From Acidobacteriota bacterium (lineage in GTDB: Bacteria; Acidobacteriota; UBA6911; RPQK01; JAJDTT01), in NCBI GenBank assembly GCA_965217775.1, contig CBDCJH010000002.1:4960001-5024000 (forward strand): DNA of 64,000 bases. The letters run 5' to 3'. The notes under the pieces are model-generated. The model was given only the letters and a program-made list of their open reading frames with translations. It was not told the origin of the DNA and ran no database searches. This document shows positions 37,016-47,416 of this stretch, in pieces. Numbering within the stretch: position 1 is the first letter of the stretch; each line of letters begins with the position of its first letter. Both the position numbers and the translations under genes were made by a program.

Positions 37016-39048
37016 ACGGAACTTCACTGCCGCTCAAGCCATAGTAAATCATTGAAATAGCGCGGTTTACGGTTCCTTAGCCCGAGCCTCCAACTGGATA
37101 TTTGTTTCCATGTACGGACTCGCATATTATGTCAGTATTCCCTTATATGGTAGGAGTATCAGTGATTGATATTGTTTCCATGTAAGAGGCCTCTCCACCA
37201 TGTCCTACCACGTCGATGTCATCCCCAACCGCAACAGCCCACCCGCCATCCTCTTCCGCCACGCCAAACGCGAGGGCAAGCGCATCCGCCGCACCACCCT
37301 CGCCAACCTCTCCAAGCTCCCCCCGGAGATCGTCGACGGCATCCGCGCCCTGCTCAAGGGGGGCCAAGTCTATCGCCCCCTCGACGATGACCTCGCCATC
37401 CGCCGCGCCCTTCCCCATGGTCATGTCGCCGCCCTCCTCGGTCTTGGCCGCCAACTCGGTCTCGAACGCCTCCTGCACCGCAAACGCAGCCGCAACCGCG
37501 ACCTTGCCCTCGCCGCCCTCGTCGCCCGGGTGCTCCAACCCGCCTCCAAGCTCGCCACCGCCCGGGGCCTGTCTCCGGAGACCGCCACCAGCAGCCTCGG
37601 CCCCGTCCTCGGCCTCGGTCCGGTCCGCGGCAACGAGATGCTTCAGATGCTCGACTGGTTGCTGAGCCGCCAAGTCTGGATCGAGAAGAGCTTGGCGCGG
37701 CGCCACCTGGAGGGCCGGACACTTTTGCTTTATGACGTCTCCTCCAGCTATCTCGAGGGGCGCTGCTGTTCCCTGGCCGCATTCGGCCACAACCGAGACG
37801 GCAAGAAAGGTAAGAAGCAGATCGTCTTCGGCCTGCTCTGCGCCGGGGACGGTTGCCCGCTGTCCGTGGAGGTGTTCCCGGGCAACACCGGGGATCCGAG
37901 CACGGTGGCGGCGCAGGTCAAGAAGATCCAGGGGCGCTTCGGCATCGAATCCATCGCTTTGGTCGGGGACCGCGGCATGCTCACCACGGCGCGGCTGCGC
38001 GAGGACCTTTCACCGGCCGGTCTGGCCTGGATCTCGGCCTTGAGAACGGGCGCCATCCGCAAGCTGATGCGGCCCCCAAAATCGGGCGGGAAGGGCGAGG
38101 AACCGGCGCCGTTGCAGCCGGGCGAGTTGGTTCCGGACGGGGTCGCGGAGATTCTGAGCCCGGATTTTCCCGGCGAACGGCTGCTGGTCTGCCTCAATCC
38201 CCGCTTGCGGCAGGAGCGGGCCCGCAAGCGCGAGGATCTGCTGTGCGCGACCGAGAAGATCCTGGAGACCATCGCCAGCGCCGTGCGCTCCCCCCACGCT
38301 CGGCTACGCGGCCAGGAGGCCATCAACCGCCGGGTGGGCCGGGACGTCAGCCGCAAGAAGGTGGACAAACACTTCCTGATTGAAGTCACCGACGAGGACA
38401 TCCGCTGGTCGAGGCGGCAGGAGAAGATCGACGCGGAAGCGCGACTGGACGGCATCTACATCATTCGCACCAGCTTGGAGGCCTCCGACATCGGGGCTGC
38501 GGAGGCGGTGGAGGCGTACAAAAGCCTCTCCCAGGTCGAATGGGCGTTTCGCTCGCTCAAGACGGCGCAGCTGGCCCTGCGCCCGGTCTTCGTCTACAGC
38601 GAGGACCATGTGCGCGGGCACGTCTTTCTGTGCCTGCTGGCGTACTACCTGCAATGGCACCTGAGGCGGCGTCTGGCGCCGCTGCTGTTCGAGGAGGAGG
38701 ATCGTCCCGGGGCGCGAGCGTTGCGGACCTCACCGGTGGAAAAGGCAAAGGTGTCCGCGCGCACGAAAGCTAAGGCCGCGCGCAAGCAAACGGCTGAGGG
38801 GCTCCCCGTGCATAGCCTCCGGACGCTGCTGGCGGATCTCGGCACGCTCACCCTGAACCAGGTGACCCTGCCGGACGCTCCGGAGCATCCGTTTCCGATG
38901 TTCGCCAAGCCGACGCCGCTGCAGGCGAAGGTTTTCGAGCTGCTCGACGTCAACCCGACCCGATTTGTTGCCAGTAATTGGGCAGGTTGATTTCGTCTAT
39001 CTTCCTGACATACAAACGATTAGACGGATTTCGGAAGTGAAGTTCCGT
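37016..39048 (+). mobile_element. IS1634-family insertion sequence
   Basis: Perfect 13-bp TIR ACGGAACTTCACT / AGTGAAGTTCCGT, TTAG duplicated on both sides (37012-15, 39049-52), single transposase ORF. Confidence 0.85.
37200..38990 (+). CDS. IS1634-family DDE transposase
   Basis: PNRNSPPAIL..TLANLS N-terminus, LYDVSSSY, VGDRGM, YKSLSQVEWAFRSLK, RPVF...HVRGHVFLC. Confidence 0.9.
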   Translation: MSYHVDVIPNRNSPPAILFRHAKREGKRIRRTTLANLSKLPPEIVDGIRALLKGGQVYRPLDDDLAIRRALPHGHVAALLGLGRQLGLERLLHRKRSRNRDLALAALVARVLQPASKLATARGLSPETATSSLGPVLGLGPVRGNEMLQMLDWLLSRQVWIEKSLARRHLEGRTLLLYDVSSSYLEGRCCSLAAFGHNRDGKKGKKQIVFGLLCAGDGCPLSVEVFPGNTGDPSTVAAQVKKIQGRFGIESIALVGDRGMLTTARLREDLSPAGLAWISALRTGAIRKLMRPPKSGGKGEEPAPLQPGELVPDGVAEILSPDFPGERLLVCLNPRLRQERARKREDLLCATEKILETIASAVRSPHARLRGQEAINRRVGRDVSRKKVDKHFLIEVTDEDIRWSRRQEKIDAEARLDGIYIIRTSLEASDIGAAEAVEAYKSLSQVEWAFRSLKTAQLALRPVFVYSEDHVRGHVFLCLLAYYLQWHLRRRLAPLLFEEEDRPGARALRTSPVEKAKVSARTKAKAARKQTAEGLPVHSLRTLLADLGTLTLNQVTLPDAPEHPFPMFAKPTPLQAKVFELLDVNPTRFVASNWAG

Positions 39049-39861
39049 TTAGAAACGGAACAACAACAGGAATTGTGGGAGCACTTCGTCGGCGTCCTCA
39101 AAGCCGAACTTGTTGATCCAGACGTGCATTTCCATCCCTGCGAAGACCCGTCCCGGCCGCCGGGCAACCGCCTTGCCCAAGTCGAAACGCAACTGGGGCT
39201 GAAGCAGGACCCAGTAGGGTGCGCGGATCCCGAACTCAGTGTCTCGCGGACTCTGCCATTCTGCGTGCCCCTCGAAAGAGAACGGGGCGCTGCCGATCTC
39301 GAAGGGCAGGCCCCAGTTGAAATCGACGAGATGGCTGTTGCCTTCCTTGGGGGGCCCGCCGGCCGCCACCCCCTGGTTGCGATCCACGAGACACACGTAA
39401 TCGACGTTCGCAAAGGCGAAGCCGGGAAGATCGAGCTGGAACCGGAAACCGGGACCGATCTTGAGAACTTTCGCCTGGGCTCCCCAGTTCAGCCCCCCCA
39501 ATGGACCGATCCCCCGGATGGGCCCCCAGGACAGCTTCTGCCCGGTGATCGACCCCAGGTTGAAGTAGGGATACCACTCCATGTAGATATCCCGGTCCGC
39601 ACTCGACCCCGAACAGCAGATCATGTCCACGAAGAAGAAGTTCTCTCCGTGGCTCCAGCCGCTGGCGTGCTGAAGGGTCAGAATATGCTGGAACCCATTG
39701 GGACTCACCGGGTGAGGCCGGAGTGCGCTGCCACCCTGGTACTGAACCTCGGTAACGCTCCAGCCCTGGGCCAGAACGTTTCCGTCAATCACCAGCGGAC
39801 AAATCGCAATCAGGACCAGGACGATACCGCAACGGTGGTTCGTCTTCTTCATGGCATGCAA
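39049..39861 (-). CDS. Tsx-like nucleoside-specific outer membrane channel
   Basis: Signal peptide, TLQHASGWSHGENFFFVD, QPQLRFDLG, W.NKFG, C-terminal Phe of a beta-barrel. Confidence 0.7.
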   Translation of the reverse strand: MHAMKKTNHRCGIVLVLIAICPLVIDGNVLAQGWSVTEVQYQGGSALRPHPVSPNGFQHILTLQHASGWSHGENFFFVDMICCSGSSADRDIYMEWYPYFNLGSITGQKLSWGPIRGIGPLGGLNWGAQAKVLKIGPGFRFQLDLPGFAFANVDYVCLVDRNQGVAAGGPPKEGNSHLVDFNWGLPFEIGSAPFSFEGHAEWQSPRDTEFGIRAPYWVLLQPQLRFDLGKAVARRPGRVFAGMEMHVWINKFGFEDADEVLPQFLLLFRF

Positions 39862-39907
39862 TGACTACGAATTCGGCGGCGGCGCCTCGACCCCGGGCCG
39901 TGGCCTT

Positions 39908-40576
39908 TCAGTGCGCCGCCGGTTTCCGCTTCCAGGCAAATTTACCGATCAGCGGCACGAAAATACATCGCTCCGCGCGTTTGGTGCGATATCCGTCTCC
40001 ACTTCGGGTCACGATGTGAAGGACCTGCGAACGATCCCGCCCCACCGGGATCACCAAGCGCCCCGTTTCGCTCAACTGCTGCAACAGGGGCTCGGGGATT
40101 CCGGGAGATGCTGCCCCGACGATGATGCTCTCGAACGGTGCGAATTCTTCCCAGCCCAGCGTCCCGTCGGCCACACTCGCCTGGACGTCCTGATACCCCA
40201 GCTCGTCGAGCCGAGCCGCCGCCTGGTGGGCCAGCTCCGGAATCCGTTCCACGGTGAAGACCTGGGCCTTCATGCACGCAAGCAACCCAGCCTGATATCC
40301 GCTTCCGGTCCCTATCTCCAGGACACGGTCGCCCGGGGACACCCTCGCCGCTTGAACCATGGCGGCAATCATGTAGGGCTGACTGACGGTCTGATCATGG
40401 CCGATGGGGATGGGGCGGTCATCGTAGGCCCGCTCAACCCATTCGTCAGGCACGAAACGATGACGAGGGACTCCCAGGAACGCCTTCAACATCCTGCGGT
40501 CCCGGATGCCTCGGGCTCTCAGTTGCTGCTCCACCATCTTGCGGCGTTCCGGGCCGTAGGATGCAGATCGTTTCAT
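39908..40576 (-). CDS. pcm: Protein-L-isoaspartate O-methyltransferase
   Basis: VPRHRFV, QTVSQPY, LEIGTGSGYQ, FVPLIG. Confidence 0.95.
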   Translation of the reverse strand: MKRSASYGPERRKMVEQQLRARGIRDRRMLKAFLGVPRHRFVPDEWVERAYDDRPIPIGHDQTVSQPYMIAAMVQAARVSPGDRVLEIGTGSGYQAGLLACMKAQVFTVERIPELAHQAAARLDELGYQDVQASVADGTLGWEEFAPFESIIVGAASPGIPEPLLQQLSETGRLVIPVGRDRSQVLHIVTRSGDGYRTKRAERCIFVPLIGKFAWKRKPAAH

Positions 40577-41355
40577 GCCGCTCCCCGGCAGAATGTTCTC
40601 CGATGCACCGGCGTCGTCCCATACTTCTCGATTGCCCGGCGGTGCTGTCTGGTCGGGTAGCCCTTGTGACGGGCGAATCCATATTCCGGATACACCCGGT
40701 CCAGCTTCATCATGAGCCGATCCCGATGGGTCTTCGCCAGGATCGATGCCCCGGCGATCGAGAAATGCCTGCGGTCCCCGCCGACGCAGGTCTCCTGCGG
40801 GATTTCGAGGCCCGGAATCCGGCGGCCGTCCACCAGTGCGATCTCCGGCGCCGGCTGGAGAACTGCGACGGCCCGCTTCATGGCCAGAAGACCGGCATGG
40901 AAGATGTTCAACCGGTCGATCTCCGGCACCGACGCCTCTCCGATCCCCATGGCGACCGCGTCTCGGGCAATGATCCCGGCCAGCTCGTCGCGGCGGGCGC
41001 TCGAGAGTCTCTTGGAGTCGTCCATGCCGCAGATTTCAGTGCCCGGCTCGAAGATCACCGCGGCAGCGACGACCGGTCCCGCCAGCGGGCCCATGCCGGC
41101 TTCGTCGACTCCGGCGACCCGTGCGGTTCCGCCACGCCACAGCCCGCGCTCCTTCTCCAGCATCGAATTCAACCGGCGTCTCTCCGCTCGGGCCGAGGCC
41201 CGCGCGCGCTCCAAGCGACGCCCAAGACGCCGCACGCCGACTCTCGGGTCCCGCGCCAAGGCGGACAACACCGCGGAAGTCACCCGGATTTCGCCGGAGG
41301 CAAGCGCTTCCCTTATTTGGGACAGGGTCAGCCGAGACAGCTCCAGTGCCACCAT
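40573..41355 (-). CDS. rnhB: Ribonuclease HII
   Basis: GVDEAG.GPLAGPV, DDSKRL, IAGASILAK, HKGYPT, HRRTF. Confidence 0.95.
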   Translation of the reverse strand: MVALELSRLTLSQIREALASGEIRVTSAVLSALARDPRVGVRRLGRRLERARASARAERRRLNSMLEKERGLWRGGTARVAGVDEAGMGPLAGPVVAAAVIFEPGTEICGMDDSKRLSSARRDELAGIIARDAVAMGIGEASVPEIDRLNIFHAGLLAMKRAVAVLQPAPEIALVDGRRIPGLEIPQETCVGGDRRHFSIAGASILAKTHRDRLMMKLDRVYPEYGFARHKGYPTRQHRRAIEKYGTTPVHRRTFCRGAA

Positions 41356-41461
41356 GCAGTTCGCCACTCCAGCCGATTCAGGCACACATGAGCTTAGCAG
41401 CCCGGACACCGGCAGGCAGGCAATGTGTCGGGTGTCCGCAACTCCATTATAATGCCCCGTT

Positions 41462-42211
41462 GTGAACACCGGAAATATCGGCCTCCTGGGCTTTGGGCGC
41501 TTCGGACAACTAGTCTACCGCCACCTCCCCGCCGGCAAGGTCGCCGGCGTATTCGACCAGGATCCCGCAAAACTGGCCAGGCTGTCCGATGGCGCCACCC
41601 TGGAGCAGGTGCTCACGGCCAAGTACATCATTCTCGCCACCCCAATCTCCGCCATCGATGCCGTCTGCAAACAGATTTCTCCGGTCCTCAGAACCGGCCA
41701 AGTGGTCGTGGACACCTGCAGCGTCAAACAATATCCCGTCGACTGCATGTTGTCCTTGCTCCCCGCCGGGATTCAGATTTTGGGCACCCACCCCCTCTTC
41801 GGGCCCGACAGTGGCAGGAATGGGATCGGAGGCATGAAGATCGCCGTTTGTCCGGTGCGAATCGACTCTGCGAATTACGGCTGCATACGCGCCTTTCTCC
41901 GCGGCCTCGGCTTGGAGATCATCGAGACGACGCCGCGGGAGCACGACCGCAGACTCGCTCGCACCCAAGCCATATTCCATCTGATCTCCCAGGCGCTGAA
42001 GGAGTTGGATTGGCGGGGGCAGCGACTCTCCACACCGGGCCCGGCTGCTTTCTATCGGCTGGCCGAAACCGTTCAGAACGACACGGCAGAGCTGTTTCTG
42101 GACATGGAGCGGCGCAACCTCTACGCCCGCGCGTGCCGACGACGGTTCATCGGCAAACTGGTCGAGATCGACGAACTTCTCTCCCGGGGCGAGACGTCCG
42201 GGCCGGCTTGA
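41462..42211 (+). CDS. tyrA: Prephenate/arogenate dehydrogenase
   Basis: GFGRFG, DTCSVK, THPLFGP, EHDR...TQAIFH. Confidence 0.85.
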   Translation: MNTGNIGLLGFGRFGQLVYRHLPAGKVAGVFDQDPAKLARLSDGATLEQVLTAKYIILATPISAIDAVCKQISPVLRTGQVVVDTCSVKQYPVDCMLSLLPAGIQILGTHPLFGPDSGRNGIGGMKIAVCPVRIDSANYGCIRAFLRGLGLEIIETTPREHDRRLARTQAIFHLISQALKELDWRGQRLSTPGPAAFYRLAETVQNDTAELFLDMERRNLYARACRRRFIGKLVEIDELLSRGETSGPA

Positions 42212-42217
42212 GAAATC

Positions 42218-42901
42218 ATGACCGCCGAAGCAGTGCACCTGTCGCAGCGCCTTCGTCTGGCTGCAGGGAGTACGGCCGGGTGGGCCCTGATATGGAGCCT
42301 CGGCACGCTCCTTCGGTATCGAGTCGAAGGTTGGGAACATTTTGACCGGTTCAATCGCCAAGGTGTTCCCTTCATCTTCAGCTTCTGGCACAACCAGATC
42401 TTTTGCGCCACCCATTTCTGGCGATTCCGGGAGATCGGCGTGATCACCAGCCAGCACGCCGACGGAGAGTACATCGCTCGCATCATTCGCCGATTCGGGT
42501 ACTTTCCGGCCAGGGGATCCAGCCGCCGGGGCTCTACCCAGGCTCTCCTTCGACTCAAACGCCATCTGGCCGACGGGCGGCCCGTGGGTTTTGCCGTCGA
42601 CGGACCCGTGGGCCCGGTCTACAAGGTCAAGCCGGGGCCGCTCTGGCTCTCCATGAAGACTGGCGTTCCCATCCTTCCGTTCCACATCCAGCCTCACCGG
42701 TTCTGGGCAGGGTCCGGTTGGGACGGGTTTCGAATCCCCAAGCCCTTCTCCCAAGCTCTGGTGAAGATCGGAAAGCCGCTACTGGTGCCTCCCGGACAAT
42801 CCGCCGCGGACTGGCTGCCCAGATATCAGGCAACGATGGACGCCCTCAAGGAATACTGCGAATCCTACCCCTGGAGCCGGAAGAGAGGCCTGGAGGGCTG
42901 A
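42218..42901 (+). CDS. DUF374 / lysophospholipid acyltransferase-family protein
   Basis: FWH, SQHADGE, RGSSRRG, VDGP.GP, WDGFRIPKPF. Confidence 0.8.
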   Translation: MTAEAVHLSQRLRLAAGSTAGWALIWSLGTLLRYRVEGWEHFDRFNRQGVPFIFSFWHNQIFCATHFWRFREIGVITSQHADGEYIARIIRRFGYFPARGSSRRGSTQALLRLKRHLADGRPVGFAVDGPVGPVYKVKPGPLWLSMKTGVPILPFHIQPHRFWAGSGWDGFRIPKPFSQALVKIGKPLLVPPGQSAADWLPRYQATMDALKEYCESYPWSRKRGLEG

Positions 42902-44330
42902 CCCTGACGTCACGCTGGAAGAAGAACATTTTCCAGGTTGGAATTTCCAACAGGGCTATTCGAAAATTGTATCGCCCCGGCCGTACGAAAAGCTTGTTGG
43001 TGTAGATGATCCCGCGGCCGTCCCGGAGCTCCTTCCTTTCCAAGGTGGCCCTGAAGAACTCTCTCATCCTTACGACTTCCTGCCCGTTCGCATCCACCAG
43101 TTGGCCGATGATTCCCAGTTGGGTTCGGACATCTCCCCCCTTCTCCCGCGACAGCGTATAGGGGCTGATCTTGATGCGGAAGGGCAACCCGACTTTGCCG
43201 GAGATCAGCCCCCTGGGCCGGAGTATGTCGACATCGGCACCCAGCTCGTACCGATCCAGACCCTCGTCCTCGGGTTGTCCCAGCTCGACCTCGCTGTAGA
43301 AGAGGGCCTCGATGAACTTTTTCTTGGCGCGGAGACGGCCGGGTGCCCGAGTGAACGGGCGTGACACCAGTAGATTGGCGTTCCGAGTGGTGACCACGGC
43401 CGGCGAGTCGGGATCGGTCCCCGGCGCCGCGTCGCCGGAGATGCCGATGGAGTAGAGGTTGCCGAAAACGTCGTCGTTGATCTGTGCCAAAGTGGAATCG
43501 AAGTCCAGGATGGTTTCGATTCCGCTGAAGTGCATTCCGCCGGTCTTCGCGGCCAAACGCGCGAAGGCGGCGGCCTTCTCTTCCGCCTTCGGATCTTCCA
43601 CCGCGACGAGTCCCGGAGCCGTCGGCAGCGCCGTCGCCGACGGAACCAGAATGGTATAGATTCTCACCTCCTCGCGTAGGGCCCGGGCCGCGGCCCTCTC
43701 GGCCCGGTGGTAGGCGTCGTCCATCCCGTCGGAGACGAGAATCAACACCTTTCCGTCGCCGGGCCTCGCCCGCGAACCGAGCGGGGCAAGCAATGCCTCC
43801 ACCGACTCGTAGATTGCGGTTCGCCCCTGGTGCGGGCGGGCCGCCGCGAAGGCCTTTTCCGCAAGTTCCTTGCGGGAGGTGAACTCCTGAAATACCAGCA
43901 ACTTGTCGGTAAACCCGAAGACGCCGATCTGGGTGAACAGATGGATGTTGTCCAGGAAGTTCTGGGCGGCCATTATCTCCTCCGCCCTGGTGGCAAAGGT
44001 GCTTCCACTCACGTCCAGAAGGAAAGCAATCCAGAGGCGGCCCAGATCGGGTGTCTGCTTTCGCGGAGGCCGAAAAAAGACGATCTCCCTTTCCCTGCCT
44101 CCCTCGACTACACGGAAGTCCTCCTGGGTCAGGGAGTTGACCAACTTGTTTCGAGAATCTCTGACGGTGAAACGAAGCAGCACCAGATCCACTCTGACCC
44201 GGATCGCTTCGTCCTGAGTCTGGTCCTGTGGAATCGCCCAAGTCGGACCCAGCCAGATCCAGAGAATCGGGGCCAGGATCAGCCGCCTGAGCTGCCCCCA
44301 CCGTCGCCGACTCCGGATCTCACGCTTCAT
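42846..44330 (-). CDS. Secreted VWA-domain protein (acidobacterial VWFA-related type) with C-terminal extension
   Basis: Signal-like segment, IRVRVDLV, LTQEDFRVVE, MIDAS DVSGS, TAIYE, VSDGMD, LAAKTGG. Confidence 0.8.
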   Translation of the reverse strand: MKREIRSRRRWGQLRRLILAPILWIWLGPTWAIPQDQTQDEAIRVRVDLVLLRFTVRDSRNKLVNSLTQEDFRVVEGGREREIVFFRPPRKQTPDLGRLWIAFLLDVSGSTFATRAEEIMAAQNFLDNIHLFTQIGVFGFTDKLLVFQEFTSRKELAEKAFAAARPHQGRTAIYESVEALLAPLGSRARPGDGKVLILVSDGMDDAYHRAERAAARALREEVRIYTILVPSATALPTAPGLVAVEDPKAEEKAAAFARLAAKTGGMHFSGIETILDFDSTLAQINDDVFGNLYSIGISGDAAPGTDPDSPAVVTTRNANLLVSRPFTRAPGRLRAKKKFIEALFYSEVELGQPEDEGLDRYELGADVDILRPRGLISGKVGLPFRIKISPYTLSREKGGDVRTQLGIIGQLVDANGQEVVRMREFFRATLERKELRDGRGIIYTNKLFVRPGRYNFRIALLEIPTWKMFFFQRDVRVSPPGLSSGSRGRIRSIP

Positions 44331-44331
44331 T

Positions 44332-44889
44332 TCAAATTTTCCGGGCACCCACCAAGTGCAGAAACTCACCCCGGGACCGCTGATCATCCCTGAACTTGCC
44401 CAACATGGCGGAAGTCATGATCCGAGCTTGCCGCTTTTCGACCCCTCGCATCAACATGCACAAGTGTTGCGCCTCGACAACGACCGCCACGCCCTTGGGC
44501 CGGATCTTGTTGTTGACGGTCTCGGCAATCTGTTGGGTGAGCCGTTCCTGGACTTGCAGGCGCCGCGCGAACACGTCCACGATTCTCGGAATCTTGCTGA
44601 GCCCGATGACCCGATCCGAAGGAAGGTATCCGACATGGCATCTGCCGAAGAAGGGGAGCAGATGATGTTCGCAAAGGCTATAGACCTCGATGTCTTTGAC
44701 GATGACCATTTCATCGTAGTCCACCTTGAAATAGGCGCCGTTGAGCAACTCGTCCACATCCTGCTCGTATCCTCTGGTCAGGAAACGCATGGCGCGCCCC
44801 ACCCTTTCAGGCGTGCCGACAAGCCCTTCCCGCATGGGGTCCTCTCCTATCTCATGAAGCAACTGCCTCACCAACTCTTCCAAGGCCAA
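44332..44889 (-). CDS. folE: GTP cyclohydrolase I
   Basis: [43 protein letters not shown]. Confidence 0.97.
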   Translation of the reverse strand: MALEELVRQLLHEIGEDPMREGLVGTPERVGRAMRFLTRGYEQDVDELLNGAYFKVDYDEMVIVKDIEVYSLCEHHLLPFFGRCHVGYLPSDRVIGLSKIPRIVDVFARRLQVQERLTQQIAETVNNKIRPKGVAVVVEAQHLCMLMRGVEKRQARIMTSAMLGKFRDDQRSRGEFLHLVGARKI

Positions 44890-44926
44890 CCTCCTGCTAA
44901 TCCCGTTTTCCGAACCTGCGTCCTGG

Positions 44927-45085
44927 GAGCCTGCTCCGCAGAAATTGATCTACTGCGAAAGCGGTAGAATCGGTCCAGATTTCCCCGACTTCTCGGCGAA
45001 TAGAACAACTATGCACCTCAAAATCGAGAAAATCTGCCCTCGATTCCCCACTTTCTCGCTACGATCATTTCTACCGCGCAGACTC
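44927..45085. mobile_element. MITE family A, copy 2 (inverted)
   Basis: Reverse-complement match to 4185-4342; CTGG duplicated at 44923-26 and 45086-89. Confidence 0.85.
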
Positions 45086-45098
45086 CTGGGAGCCAGTG

Positions 45099-45440
45099 TC
45101 AACCCGGAGGCCAGCCCAGGTGTCGACCGCCCAGAACATGGGCGTGAATGTGAAACACGCTCTGCCCGGCAGCGCCGCCGTTGTTCAGAACGACACGATA
45201 GCCCGAGGCCAACCCTTCAACGCGCGCTACCACCTTGGCGAGCAGCAACAGCCGGCCAAGCAGGACGGCGTCTTTCTCCGCCGCTTCGCCCAAAGAACCA
45301 ATGTGCTTCTTGGGAATCACCAGGATATGGATGGGCGCCTGTGGGCTGATGTCTCGAAACGCCAGGGCCCATTCGTCCTCCGCCACCACAGCCGCGCCAA
45401 GTTCCCCGCTCACGATCCGGCAGAACAGGCAATCACTCAC
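45099..45440 (-). CDS. Histidine triad nucleotide-binding protein (HINT)
   Basis: DCLFCRI, AFRDISPQAP.H, GQSVFHIHAH, LGWPPG. Confidence 0.93.
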   Translation of the reverse strand: MSDCLFCRIVSGELGAAVVAEDEWALAFRDISPQAPIHILVIPKKHIGSLGEAAEKDAVLLGRLLLLAKVVARVEGLASGYRVVLNNGGAAGQSVFHIHAHVLGGRHLGWPPG

Positions 45441-45441
45441 G

Positions 45442-46350
45442 CTACACCTCGCCCTGGTTCCCCCGGACCAACACCAGACAACGTTCGATGCCCGCCAGAT
45501 CCTTCCGGACCTCCACGTCGCGCCAGCCCCAACGCCGTGCCGATCGGCAGACACGCGCCTTGGCACCCGCGCCGATCTCCAAAACCAGCGGAGCTGACGG
45601 TTCCATTACCGGCGGACATCCTTCCATCACCGCTTCGTACATCTCCATGCCGTCTCGCCTCGCAAAGACGGCCTCGCGGGGCTCATGGGCGGCGACCGAC
45701 CGGTCGACCCTTCCGCGGTCGGATGTTGCGACGTAGGGGGGGTTCGACACCAGCAGGTCCCAACGGTCCGCCCGCCCAGCCACCGGCGCCAAGTCTCGCC
45801 CTTCCAGAAACTCGACCCGGGACTCGCAGCCGTAGCGCGACGCGTTCTCCCTCGCCACCGCCAGGGCGCGGCGCGAAACGTCCGTGGCCGTTACCCGGAG
45901 CCGCTGCCGTTCGGCGGCCAACGTCACCGCTATGGCCCCCGAACCCGTTCCCACATCGAGCACTCGCGGATCCGCTTGGGCCATGCCGTCGAGCCACTCC
46001 AAACAGACATCCACCAACAGTTCCGTTTCCGGACGCGGAATCAGCACTCCCGGCCCAACCGCGAAACTCCTTCCGTAGAACTCCTGATGCCCCAACAAAT
46101 ACTGGAGCGGATAATGCTCGCCTCGTTTCCGGAGCCAGCTCTCCCATCTCGCGGCCTCGCCGCCGGCCAATCGCAATCCGGGGTGCGCCAACAGGTAGGC
46201 TCGGGGACGCGCCAGAATGGAACCAAGCATCAGCTCTGCGTCCAGACGAGGAAAACGGATTCCATGTCGCCTGAGATGCGAAGTTCCCTGCCGAACCGCC
46301 TCCCCCACCGTCATCCCCGCCGGAATCCTTTCCAGACGCGATTCAAGCAA
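45442..46350 (-). CDS. prmC: Release factor glutamine methyltransferase
   Basis: PLQYL.G, VLIPRPETE, DVGTGSG, SNPPY; follows prfA. Confidence 0.95.
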   Translation of the reverse strand: MLESRLERIPAGMTVGEAVRQGTSHLRRHGIRFPRLDAELMLGSILARPRAYLLAHPGLRLAGGEAARWESWLRKRGEHYPLQYLLGHQEFYGRSFAVGPGVLIPRPETELLVDVCLEWLDGMAQADPRVLDVGTGSGAIAVTLAAERQRLRVTATDVSRRALAVARENASRYGCESRVEFLEGRDLAPVAGRADRWDLLVSNPPYVATSDRGRVDRSVAAHEPREAVFARRDGMEMYEAVMEGCPPVMEPSAPLVLEIGAGAKARVCRSARRWGWRDVEVRKDLAGIERCLVLVRGNQGEV

Positions 46351-47416
46351 TTTTCTGTGCCTTCAGCGCTTCTGCCTCATCATAAGCGATCAGGGGATCG
46401 AGAATGTCGTCGAGAGAGCCCCCCAGCACGGCCTCCAGACGGTGCAACGAGACACCGACCCTGTGGTCGGTGATGCGATTCTGGGGAAAGTTGTAGGTCC
46501 GGATCTTCTCGCTGCGGTCGCCGGTGCCGACCAAGGCGCGGCGTGTGGCCGCCACCTCATCGTGCCGTTCCCGGAGAGCCCGCTCGTACAACCGGGACCG
46601 CAACACCTTGAGCGCCTTGTTCTTGTTCTTGAACTGCGACTTCTCGTCCTGGCAGGTCACGACCTCGCCGCTGGGAATGTGAGTGATACGCACGGCTGAG
46701 TAAGTCGTGTTCACCGACTGGCCACCGGGACCGGAGGAACAGTAAGTGTCCCACCGCAGATCCTTGGGGTGGATCCTGATGTCGACGTCATCCGCTTCCG
46801 GCAAAACGGCAACCGTCACGGCGGAGGTGTGAACCCTTCCCTGAGTCTCCGTTTCCGGCACCCGTTGGACCCGATGCACGCCGCTCTCAAATTTCAGGCG
46901 ACCGTAGACCTGCTTGCCTTCGATGGTGGCGCTCACTTCCTTCAGTCCGCCCGCATCGGTGGCATGCGCGGCGATAATATCCACCCTCCACCCGTGCGAC
47001 TCGGCATACCTTCCGTACATACGGAACATTTCCTGTGCGAACAGGCTGGCTTCGGCGCCTCCCGTGCCGGCACGAATCTCCAGGATGGCATTCTTTTCGT
47101 CGTTGGGGTCCCGGGGCAGGAGCAGGACACGCAACTCCTCTTCCTGCTCGGAGACGCGAGTCTCCAGCGTCCCCAACTCGCCTCTCGCCAATTCCGCCAA
47201 CTCGGAGTCCGCCTCGGCCCGAGCCATCTCCTTGAGATCCTTCACCTCGCGCACGGCTCCCCGGTACTCCCTGTATTTTTCGACCAGTGGCCGCAACTCC
47301 GAATACGTTTTCGCAGCCTCCCGGTAACGATCCCGGGAGGCAACGACACGCGGATCTCCCAATTGTCGGGAAACCTCCTCGTAGCTTGCTTCCAGGGCAC
47401 GCAATTTCTCTAACAT
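46343..47416 (-). CDS. prfA: Peptide chain release factor 1
   Basis: EIRAGTGG, HRVQRVPET (PxT), GPGGQSVN, RTYNFPQ. Confidence 0.96.
   Translation of the reverse strand: MLEKLRALEASYEEVSRQLGDPRVVASRDRYREAAKTYSELRPLVEKYREYRGAVREVKDLKEMARAEADSELAELARGELGTLETRVSEQEEELRVLLLPRDPNDEKNAILEIRAGTGGAEASLFAQEMFRMYGRYAESHGWRVDIIAAHATDAGGLKEVSATIEGKQVYGRLKFESGVHRVQRVPETETQGRVHTSAVTVAVLPEADDVDIRIHPKDLRWDTYCSSGPGGQSVNTTYSAVRITHIPSGEVVTCQDEKSQFKNKNKALKVLRSRLYERALRERHDEVAATRRALVGTGDRSEKIRTYNFPQNRITDHRVGVSLHRLEAVLGGSLDDILDPLIAYDEAEALKAQKIA

Noticed and set aside
42846-42901. 56-bp convergent overlap of the DUF374 and VWA genes
   Set aside because: Short 3' overlaps are common in GC-rich genomes; no evidence of function
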